DNA of 62,089 nt, filler included, from Dugesia japonica (taxonomy: Eukaryota), in NCBI GenBank assembly GCA_001938525.1. It is 6 parts of 6 records of this genome, joined end to end, with 100 filler letters (N's around TTAATTAATTAA, not from the genome) between each part and the next. Parts side by side here need not be neighbours in the genome. Positions count along the whole stretch, not along the records: positions 51,772 to 62,089 come from MQRL01621075.1; 5 more parts are not named here. One strand, given 5' to 3'. The notes beneath the pieces were generated by a model. That model saw only the letters and a program-made list of their open reading frames with translations. It was not told where the DNA came from and did no database searches. Position 1 is the first letter of the stretch; every line of letters starts with the position of its first letter. Shown here in pieces: positions 51,772 to 62,089 of this stretch. A program made the translations under genes and the position numbers.

Positions 51772-52385
51772 AACGTTTTACCTTTACATCGGATTACAAA
51801 TATAAATGCACCATCGTGCTTGCCATCAAATTCCGCGTCCAACGATACATACTTTTCTACCATAGAACTTTTCTATTCGCCAATAAGGTACAGGTGGGCT
51901 AGTGCGCCACTATCTACCTACTAGACATAGACCGCATTTTTCACCATGAAGCAAGCATTTTTCGATACTAGTCCTTTAGGCAATGTAAAGGTACTTTTCG
52001 ATTTACTTTACAACTATCTTACTTTACTTTACCTTATCTCAGAAACCAAGCATTTTTCGTTAGTAGTANNNNAGGTAATGTATAGACATTTTTTAATTTC
52101 CGGAAGATTGGTACGTCCATTTTGTCGTTTATTTTCTTTGTTTTTTGTTACCATCCCATCCGACAAACTTTTAAACGCCATATTCGTGTGTGCCATCAAA
52201 TTGCGCGTCCAACCATATAATTTTGTCTACCATTCGAATTTAAATTCGCGCGCAAAATAAAAATTTTAAAAAAAAGATTAAAAAAAAGATTAAAAAAAAG
52301 ATTAAAAAAATTTGTCGAAAAAAAATTTCTCGATAAAAAATTTTCTCACGGGGGGGTTGGGCTAGTGCGCCACTATTTACCTACT
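51772..52385 (-). repeat. Two related copies of a Polinton-like terminal sequence (ending at 51922 and 52385)
   Basis: TGGGCTAGTGCGCCACTATYTACCTACT occurs twice (reverse AGTAGGTARATAG...), and TGCCATCAAATTSCGCGTCCAAC occurs twice. Confidence 0.6.
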
Positions 52386-53049
52386 TTCTATATTGGAAAA
52401 ATCTTGTTATTGATTTTCATTATAATCAATTATTAGTAGTTGTTTGTTTAATAATTGGGTTGTTTGTATAATCCAATTATTCAATAATTGATTTCGATTT
52501 TGCCTTAATGATTATTTTGGTGGATTTTTAATTTTTATTTATTTTACAAAATCTAATATTTACAATAAATGCAATTTTATTTATTTTAAAGTCTTTAATA
52601 ATTGATTTTTGGTGGATTTCTAGTAAAATTCCACGGTAATTTTTATTTATTTTATGAAATTTTATTTATTTAAGGTCATTTTTATTTATTTATCAGAATA
52701 ATTTCTATTTATTTAGTAAATATATTGTTATATGTTTTAGTATAAATAGAGTGGTGAAATGCATTTTTACCACCATTTCAAATTACATCTCAAGTAGAGT
52801 CTAGGTTTTCAAGAACCAACACTCTCGAGATCAATATAATAACTTGTAATTTTGCACGTGTATATTTCAGCTTTGATTAGACAATAAAATTTTTAAATAA
52901 AGTAAAAAAAACTTTTCTTCTATTGAATAGTCGACTATATAGTATATTTATATTCATATTATTATATTTATATCAAAGATATTAAGGTCTAATAAGTGAA
53001 ACATATAAGTATAATATAATTGAATCGGATTGTTTAAGGGTATATACAA

Positions 53050-54460
53050 ATAGATCACTAAACTCATTCAATTGTTGATTTGCTTTGGCATCAATCCCCT
53101 AAGCATCTCAAAACTTTTAAATTCTTGATGTCGTCTGATTTTTTTGACGGATATTTCATGGTCGTCAAAAATGTCAACTGAAGTTATAGTATTACTTGGT
53201 TATCTTGTGTTCATACCCAGCATCAGTTGAGATGGTGACGCTTTGTTGTCTGAATCCATCAAGATTCCTAAAAATAAAAGTGTCTTCGATAGTCTTTGGA
53301 TCCACTCCTTGTTCGCATGAAATTTTCGTCTTCGATCCTTGATAATGATTGCTGAAACTCTAACTTTATTGATCCACATGTTTTATAAGATGTTATTCAC
53401 GTAGTTAGATGTTATATTTAGACATTGCACTGCTTCGATCCAAGAGGTTTTTCTGTCAATCATCTTTAATAAATACCGCTTGTTGTTTTTAACTGGTAGT
53501 CGTTCTACTAAAACAATATGTTGACAATTCTCACATCTTCTGCACCATTCACAAATATCTAATCGCATTCTTGACTAAGCATACCTCTCAGCCACTAGAG
53601 CTGTTATTGATTTTATACTAACGTGGCAGCCATTGTGAGTCCCTTTGAATTCTCTGAACCGGAGTAATTTGGGTAGAATTATTCGCGATTTGGATTGTCA
53701 TATGTCCATGGCTATTCCTTTATCAGAGACTTTTAATTTTAAGAAAGATGTGTTCAGTGCTGCTTGAAGGTTCTCGATTGTTTGCTATTTGATTATTTCA
53801 ATTACTGTTATGTTTTCAATTTCCTTGCTAAGTTCGTTTATTCTTGAAAAAGAATCCGCTACTATATTCTTGATCCCTTTAAATATTCTAGTTTGAACGG
53901 AAATTGAGCAAGGAATTCAAGCTATCTTCATTGCCTCGGATTTGGATCTTTCATATTTGCGAAAATTTCAGAATCCAGATAGTGCTTGAAATTTTTAACT
54001 GCAAGTAGCAGTTCTCTGACGAAGGTTGAGTAGTTATTTTCTACACAAGATAACTTTCTTACGAAAACATGCAATTGAAATATGTTTTCCTTCTGATTCT
54101 TCTTCTCCAACGCAGCTACAACTGTTTCTAATTATACATAAGTTCTTAACACAGACTGTTTGATTTGTCAGGGCAATTAAATTGTTGTAAATTTAGTAGA
54201 GCATCTTTAATAGGGTTTAAAGAACTTGCTTGATCACTGGTTTATTTGATTATGCTACATTTCGATTCTTTCTTTTTGATGATTAGCTTGTAAAGTAGAG
54301 CAATCTGTCCAGATAAATGTAAAATGAGCCATTAATAAAAAACAAAGCAGTCTTTAAATCTTTGCAAGCTCTTTAAGTTGACGGGGAGGCTTATTTCTCT
54401 TAAGCTTTATTGTGCTTTACTCAAGAAAGAGTTGCGGAGCACTGCTTTAGACAATGAATA
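53050..54460 (-). mobile_element. Ty3/Gypsy pol remnant (RNase H - integrase)
   Basis: NNYSTFVRELL..VKNFKHYL, KGIKNIVADSFSR, HNGCH...WCRRCENCQ, RYLLKMIDRKTSWIEAV. Confidence 0.88.
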
Positions 54461-56499
54461 GGTAGCTTTTTATTCCCTGTCTAATGATGCCAAAATTATT
54501 ACCACACAATCATTATTAACTGAGAAAATTCTAAGCCAAGTTTCAAATGATTCAGTGCGCCGCTACATTTTCTGAGAAAACGAAGCACTTTTATACAGCA
54601 AACTCTATACAAAAAATGTTTAGTATTTAATTCTAAGACAATTGGGGTCAAATATGTAACCAAGTCCTTATTTTTGACCAAAAGAATTACAAACCAAAAT
54701 TCGACAAATTAAATACGAAATCGAAAAAAAACGTTTAGGGTAATCGTAACGACCAATCAAAATCCTAAATTTTCTGATCATTTAAATTTCTGGATCACTT
54801 CGTCAGCAGGGGGAAGTGATCCAATACGCCTCTAACCATCTTCTTCAGATGAAGCTTATTGTATAAGATTTGATTATACTAAGTGCTCAAAAAGTTTAAA
54901 ATTTTAAATTTCCACATCAGACAGTAGAAGATACAATGTTCAAATATAAGGAGCTATCTATATCATAAATATTAATTGAAAATTTTGAAAGGAAATCGTT
55001 TTTTGTAAGATTTAAAGCGGCATATATCAATTAACAAGAAAATGAAATGAAGATGTAGAATCTATTTTTGATAAATGAACTAGCAATTTAAAAGATATAA
55101 ACAATAATGAAGAGAGGCTATATAAATATATAATCTAATTAATAAATAAAATGCCTATACAAACGCTGTGAACAGTGATTTAGAATAAAATGTCAGGGTA
55201 CAATTTATAAATGAATAAAAAGTACTACTTCAAATATCAGTGCTCAAAACTAAGGGTTTGTAAAAATGGACCAGAAAATAAACGAAATATAAATATTTTC
55301 CTTTTGTTGAATTTAAAAGTATTATAAGAAAAAAGGCACTAACAGTAAAAATAATAAATTACATGAAATTTTATCTAAATATAAAGAAATAAATAATCAT
55401 CAAGACCCCGATTTGCGTCTTTAATTAGGACCGAAGAATGACGACTCAATTCAAAACGACGTAAATAAGTTTTTCTCAATATGTTTACTATTACAGGGAC
55501 GTAGCAAAAAGAATGGATTTATAATGCCCCGGGCATAACTCGTAGAGAAGCGTCAAATANNNNNNNNNNNNNNNNNNNNNNNNNNNNNNNNNNNNNNNNN
55601 TTTTTTGAACTTAATTAATTAATAACTGCTTAATGTTTTCAAATTTTTAGAGGGGGGTAAGTCGTCACAAAGGTATTAAATCTAGGGTGCCACTGTTTTA
55701 TTGTGGCAAGCAGAATGTAACGTAAAACAAATTATTAATGACGCAACTTGAAAATTTCAAAATTTTGTGAACGACAAACTTCAAAATGACGCATATTGAG
55801 ACGACACAAATCGAAATTTTAGTGTATTTTATATTTAAGGGAAACTTTTAAAATTTTGGCTTTACTGTCATAAATCAAAACAAGAATTGTGTAAATTATC
55901 ACCTTTATTAATGCCTATTATTATTTCTGCTTTGAAGCAGTTTGGAAGCAAACTATAACAATTAACTTTATCGTATTAAAATTCTTTTTTTTTTGCTTAA
56001 TATATGTTAACAAATGCCAAATGTATCAACCTTCAGATTTATAAAATTTAGTGAAATGAATTTGTTATTATTGTTGTTTTTGTCACCTAATAATAAATAA
56101 ATAATTATCACATGATACTGTTATGTAATAATATATATTATTATTATTATTATATTTCTTTCTTTTTTGTTTCCATTTTTTATTATTCAGACAAAGTGTA
56201 GAAAAAATGTTAAAAATTACAGTTTGTTTTACTGTGCTAAAAATACTAAAGCAAAATATGGTGGTTGTAAAAACATTGATCATTTTGAATTGTTTAAAAT
56301 TTATTATGGGAATCGATTTTAAATGTATTTACTGGGATTTAATAAATATTGTGGACAAGTGAATTTTACTATATCTATATATTGGAATTTGGATCAGTCA
56401 AAACAATTATTATTTTTATTAATTTTATTATTATTGTTATTATTAATAATAATAATAATTTCATTATTATTATAAATTTTATTAATTGTTATTATTATT

Positions 56500-56533
56500 A
56501 CTAGCCATATCCAGCCACGTGTTGCTGTGGCTC
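56500..56533 (-). mobile_element. Helitron 3' end
   Basis: Minus strand AGCCAC-agcaacac-GTGGCT hairpin followed about 8 nt later by CTAG then T. Confidence 0.65.
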
Positions 56534-58059
56534 AGTTTTGTTGAATTCAATAGTGTGGCTTTAAAGATTACTTAGGGTTTTTCGGTTTTGAACAAACAAA
56601 CATTTTTAGTTATACAGTGAAAATTTATGTTGTGAAAATTACAACCTTTACACATATCCCGATGAACGGTCAACAGTTAATTCCATTATTTTCTACTCTT
56701 TAACAAAAAGTTATACTGAATTCACTACTTAAAAACAGACAGTAAATCCAAAATATTTGTTATTTTAATGGAAAACTTGACTTAACCACTTTGTTTTAGA
56801 GGCCTCAAAAGCTTCATCGTTCTAGAACCAAAAATTTTAAATCCGGCACTGGTCGTGATCATTGATAAACCAAATCATAAAAAATTTATTGTAGCTATCT
56901 ATGCAGGTAATTTACACTGATTTATAATCAGTGTGTTTGAATTAGATCTACATTTCATTATTTACATGACATTAGAATTTAGAAAATATTATGAATTTTG
57001 AAAGATAAAAATCATGTTTAAAGTGATACAATGCGATGAAAATTTNNNNNNNNNNNNNATTTAAAAAATAATAAATTGATAAGATTAAATATTGTAATTG
57101 TGATGGTAATCAGAGATATACTTGGTTTTTTAAGATTATTTGGAATATAAAATCCTGTACTGTAGCAGGCAGTAAAAGAAAAATGAGAAATCAATTTTTC
57201 AAATGAGCATAAATATTCCTGTAAACAAAGTATTTGATTGATTTTCTTAATTTAGCAACCAGCAACAGTGAAATCGAGACGGGAAGGTTTATCAAATCTA
57301 TATATTTAATAAAATTAAAGAAACCTGTAGCTGAACATTATTATTATTTCATCGGTCACCCTTAATAAATCTTTTCTTAGTTATCTTTCAGTCTTTCTGT
57401 CTATTCATAATATTATTGATGGATATCATCAATGTTATTCGTAAGGACCATAATATTTAGCATTATTTTTAATTAGCCACTTTTAAACATTGCTGCCTGT
57501 ACTTTATTCATTTTAGATATACTTTTGTGTTTCCACGAATATTCACTAATTTGTTTGTTCTCGAGTGTTTCGAATTTTTAAATGTTCTTTCTTGTTTGTG
57601 ATGTCAGATAATCTTGATCACTTTTCCTTTATTTTTTTATTACTACACATTTTTAATTTCTTATAGTTCTTTTTATTTATTTTCTTTTTTCATTAATATT
57701 TTTTCTATTTGTTTAATTTTGTATTTTAGTAGTAATGAAGTGGGCTCAATTAGCCCTCCTCTAATTTTTTTCATTTCTTCGACGCCTTCAAAATGATTAC
57801 GTTTTAGAGTTTTTCGCTCTTCAAAAATAAAAAATTAAGAATTCAAATAAAATTTTAAAAATTCAATAAATTAACTATTTTAAAATAAATTGAACAATTA
57901 TCATTTTAAATCGGCTCAAAAATGGAAATAATGCAAACAGGAAGGATGATTCAGTCAATTTCAATACTACTGTGCTTCAATAAATTAACATTATTTTAAA
58001 TAAATAAAACAAATAGATAATAATAAAAAGTTATTTAAATAATAAAAAAGACATAATAA

Positions 58060-59130
58060 TCCGAATTTACCTCCAATTATAAGAAGAAATAGGATAAATG
58101 GAATTAGTGGATTCACTCCTCGTTTAAATTGACAAGAAGTAGGAAGATATAATCGAGAAAAACTGGAGATTAATAGATTAAATACAATAAATGTTCTCCC
58201 ATATTATTTTTAAGAAAGTATATTTCATGGTTTATTTTTAACTGAAAATATAAATATTTATTTATTCCGTTTTATAAATACGATCAGAGATAATACAGAA
58301 CACTGTCCTTACAAAAAATTCAATTCTATAATCTCTTGAACCGTTTACATGAAAAGAGATGGTCTATTAATTAATCTAGAGTTAGAAAATAGAAATACTT
58401 TAGAACAAGATATATTAATCCAGTCTCATCTTTTAATTTGTTTTAATAATAGTAGAAATAATTATGAAGAAATGTATATAAGTCTAAATAATGTTTTCAA
58501 CGATAAGATGAACAGTTTACAAGGAATCAATTGAAGAATAATAGGTTTTTAAGAACTTTTATTTGAATTCATTAGAGTTAAATTTTGACGTGGAGGACAT
58601 TTTTTTAATTTCAATCAATAAATGATAACCGACCGAAATTTTAGTGAAATTTAGCTTCTTGTTATTCACACAAAAATATTTAAAAAAAACAACTCAATAC
58701 TGAAACATTCACAATATTTAAATAACTTCTTTTCTTTATTAAATTAACTTGCTAATTTTTCAAATTAAGACGTTCTTATTTCTTTCTTTCTTTCACAAAC
58801 ACCATTTGGATCTATCTCAATTATAAATATTAAAACAAAAGATAATTTCTGCGTATATTGGCATATAATTGCGTATTTATTTCCTCAACCGGATGATTCA
58901 CATCATAAAAGCGACTTTAAATATTATGCAAAATATTTAAAAGCAGTAAATCTTGCTGTATTAATGAAAAATGGTATAGATTTAAATCAAGTAACGAAGA
59001 CGGGTTTTCCGATAAATAAGATTAACATTCTGGAAACATTATTCAACATTTCAATAAATGTTCTTGAATTAGACCGTGTTAATTTTAACCGCTTGAACAT
59101 AATATAGCACTCCGAAAAAATATATATCAT
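58060..59130 (+). pseudogene. N-terminal region of a Polinton pPolB
   Basis: SINIKTKDNFCVYWHIIAYLFP...FKYYAKYL and LFNISINVL match the IN.KN.D..CF.W..A...P / NISINV region of Polinton polymerases. Confidence 0.65.
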
Positions 59131-59334
59131 CTCCGCTGCACATTTCTAATTATAAAATAAAAACTAAAAGGTTTCGAATGTGAGGTTTTAAATAATTTTC
59201 ACAATCAATACAATTATTTTCTGAATTAAAAATATATATCTAGGTCTATAAGCCAAATTTACTAATTAAAAAGAATAGATTGATCCTTCACCCATATCAA
59301 TAACAGAACAAATTCCATTTAAATAATTTGCGTA

Positions 59335-60081
59335 AATTGATTTATTTGAATTTAGTCTTTCTAATAAGTTTACTTTAGATCTTGGATTTAGCGTTCACTC
59401 AGGTATATGTAATTCTATTGTTCTTAGCTTTAATGTAGCTGTTAATGCTGCTGCTCCAAAAAAGAGTAATTTATCTTCTACTTGTATAATGCATATTAAT
59501 TCGATAAATACATTATGTATAACACTATCATAATTCTGTAAAACGCTGAATAAATATTTTTAATCAAAATGTCCTTCAAATTTCATTGCGACATTATATA
59601 ATAATTTTCTTTTATAATAACCTTTATTCATATCTTTCCATGTAACGTCGTTAGTTTCTGTACTGTCATCAGGGATCCAACCAGTCATTTCTCTGTATTC
59701 TTTTTCATAATCAGAATCAGTTAAAATACAGTTTAACATAGATGAATAAACTACTGGATTTTAAATAGATTCTACTTCTGTTGAACCTCATTTCAATTTT
59801 ATGTTACCAAATAAATTAAGAAAGAAATTATTTTCTAAAGTTATATCATCATAAGATGTAGAAGGTTCTATTTTAATTTTATAATATAATCTAGCGTTAC
59901 AAATATCTAAAGGATTTGATGATTGTAAGGATTGAAAAACTATGTCACCTGATTTATTGAAATTAGAAATAGAACCGGATGTTAGAGAAATCTTTAATAN
60001 GTNATTTTTCTTAATCTCGTGTTTAAATTCTTTATTATAATTCAAGTTGAGTTTTGATTTTTGTTCGGAATTCATTGCCAT
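59335..60081 (-). pseudogene. Major capsid protein, N-terminal half (element C)
   Basis: NKSGDIVFQSLQSSNPLD, ITLENNFF, GSTEVESI, GWIPD, KFEGHF, TATLKLRTIELHIPE; homologous to 38641-39420. Confidence 0.82.
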
Positions 60082-60221
60082 TTTTTTAAAATCAAAAATA
60101 AAATTAACAGCATTTATATCAATTCTATATATTAGTTAAAATAAATAAGTAGTAAACAAAAATTAAACACAGTTACTAAAAATAGAGTCCGACGAGGCAG
60201 GCTCTAAATATAGTTTTACTG

Positions 60222-60882
60222 TGTTGGGGTGAAACACCCGCTTCGAGAAGAAAAACAAGGCGAAGGGCTCAAACCAGAGAAATAACGAAGGACGAAGGGG
60301 GAAAGAAGATTAATTAGAAATATGTAAGAAATATACCAAATAAAAAGAATAAAAAAGAATGGAAGAAAGGTAAATGACAGATAGAAGATAACCGACAAAT
60401 AAACCAAACCCTGACCAATGACAATAATTAAAGAAAATTAAAAGTTAGTAAGAAGAAACAAGAACATCATTGTTTGGAAAATAATTAATTAAACAGAAAA
60501 TATTAATTTATTTTGAAAGGAAAATAAATTAAAATTAGTCAAAAATCTGTTTTTGGAAGATAGCGATGCTCAGGGAGATCACAGAGACCTGGGACAAGAA
60601 AATTCGAAAAAGGAAGTATCAGGGGCAATAAGATCTCACAATTGGGAAAAGTTATCACCATCATAAAAGCTTAGGGAAGGGTTCAAAGATTAAACCCATC
60701 ATAGACCAGAAAAAGATAATAAAACAAAGCTAAGAAAATCACATAGCGATTTAAAAATAAGTACCAGTGAAAACTCTATAACTCCATGAAAAAATCTAAA
60801 AATTGGTACCACCGCCAATGAGAGACGTGAATTTCAAACTAAAAATAAAAGCCCAATCACAATGGTGCAGGGTTGCATCTAG
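60222..60882. mobile_element. LTR-like sequence starting TGTTGGGGTGAAACACCC, adjacent to the 5' side of element C capsid
   Basis: The 18-bp terminus is identical in reverse to 25564-25581; both copies are followed by a strongly A-rich strand. Confidence 0.5.
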
Positions 60883-61879
60883 NNNNNNNNNNNNNNNNNN
60901 NNNNNNNNNNNNNNNNNNNNNNNNNNNNNNNNNNNNNNNNNNNNNNNNNNNNNNNNNNNNNNNNNNNNNNNNNNNNNNNNNNNNNNNNNNNNNNGGTTAA
61001 CTCTCATCCGATATCAATTTATCTCAAGAAGTTTCACATTTTAAACGCAAGGAAAATATCCGTTGTGTTAAATAGAGGAAAATAAAGTAAACTAACTTTA
61101 AATTCAACCGAAATTAATTTTATTTAAAAATGAAAATCAGGAAAAGGAAGTACCTCAGCTTACGTGATTATTGGAGCCCAACGTCAAATCAACCCGTTGC
61201 AGAAGCCTCTATTTCAAAATTAAAAGTAATTGTTTATTATGATGGTTATTTGTTTACTCATTATGATTATATGGTACTACTAAATTTAATTATGCTTACA
61301 ATAATAAATAATCTGTAATCTAAATCATTTATGCTCTTATTTAATATTAATAGTAACACAAATAAATGAAAGGAGGCAACAATTTTCCGTAAATTTATTC
61401 AAAAAAATAACTTACTCATGTTAGTCCGAACAAGTTTAATATAGATTACCATTGACGTTCGTTATGAAACAAATTTTGAATAAAGGAGCTTCTATGCTCA
61501 GAACACAACGTTGCAGCTAATGTTTAAAAGACAGTAATTTCCATTTGTCTGAATAATTGAAATCTTAATTTTGGTGCTAACTATATCATTAACAGTATAT
61601 TGACTTTGATGTTCGATTATAACAAATTCACATAGAGAACACACCAACTCCTATTAGAAAACTACGATATGACTCATTCATTGCCTACTTTAAAAGAATG
61701 TGTGTTAAGTTAATCTATCTGACTCCTTTATAATGACTATACATGAGTCCGGCTTGAAGTGTTAATACCAACAACCCAGTAGTTATTTCCAAAGTAAGAA
61801 TGATGCCATCCCAGACAATGATCTCTTAGTCAGTATCTCGTTCATGGCATTTAATCAACATAACGATTTGATATATATC

Positions 61880-62089
61880 AGTAGATAGAAATAACCCTAA
61901 ATTGGGACAGGGATTTTTTACCCTGTCCCAATTTACAAATTTACAGTCAAGTGTAAAATTTCAAAATACACGAAGCGTCACTACAAAATCAAAATGTAAA
62001 TTTCAAAATGTAAAAATTTCAATTGTAAAAATTTCAAGTGCAAAATGTCAAGTGCAAAATCTCAAGTGTAAAAATACACGAAATGACTT
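61880..62089 (+). mobile_element. Probable Polinton terminus: AGTAGATAG, 15-bp perfect hairpin, then short tandem repeats
   Basis: TAAATTGGGACAGGG-8nt-CCCTGTCCCAATTTA at 61898-61935, followed by AAGTGYAAAATNTC repeats as at the element B end. Confidence 0.55.

Noticed and set aside
54791-54823. 11-bp hairpin TGGATCACTTC/GAAGTGATCCA
   Set aside because: Isolated, with no CTRR end or second copy in the window; function cannot be assigned.
61330-61870. Possible env-like or other TE coding remnant
   Set aside because: Many stops and no recognisable motif.

Overview
Very AT-rich animal genomic DNA (standard code, GT-AG introns as short as 41-45 bp; a flatworm such as a planarian is plausible but not provable). 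The window is not one locus. Five identical 100-bp spacers (44 N + TTAATTAATTAA + 44 N) join six unrelated contigs: 1-11934, 12035-25028, 25129-33277, 33378-42618, 42719-51671 and 51772-62089. Host genes are a perlecan-like gene (LDLa-Ig-laminin EGF-laminin IV exons), an intronless RING-finger ORF, the last exon of a flavin monooxygenase and a complete USP14. Most of the remainder is decayed mobile DNA. The dominant component is several distinct Polinton/Maverick (adintovirus-like) endogenous DNA viruses, with major capsid x3, penton, cysteine protease, packaging ATPase, pPolB, core proteins and AGT-type termini. Mariner, piggyBac, Gypsy, Helitron and hAT-like remnants are also present. Two signals stand out: (1) a C2H2 zinc finger-parvovirus-type phospholipase A2-DDE integrase fusion with no chromodomain, directly behind the capsid gene in two diverged elements; (2) minimal hammerhead ribozymes, including a palindrome that carries one on each strand. 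All calls come from reading motifs by eye; no searches were run.
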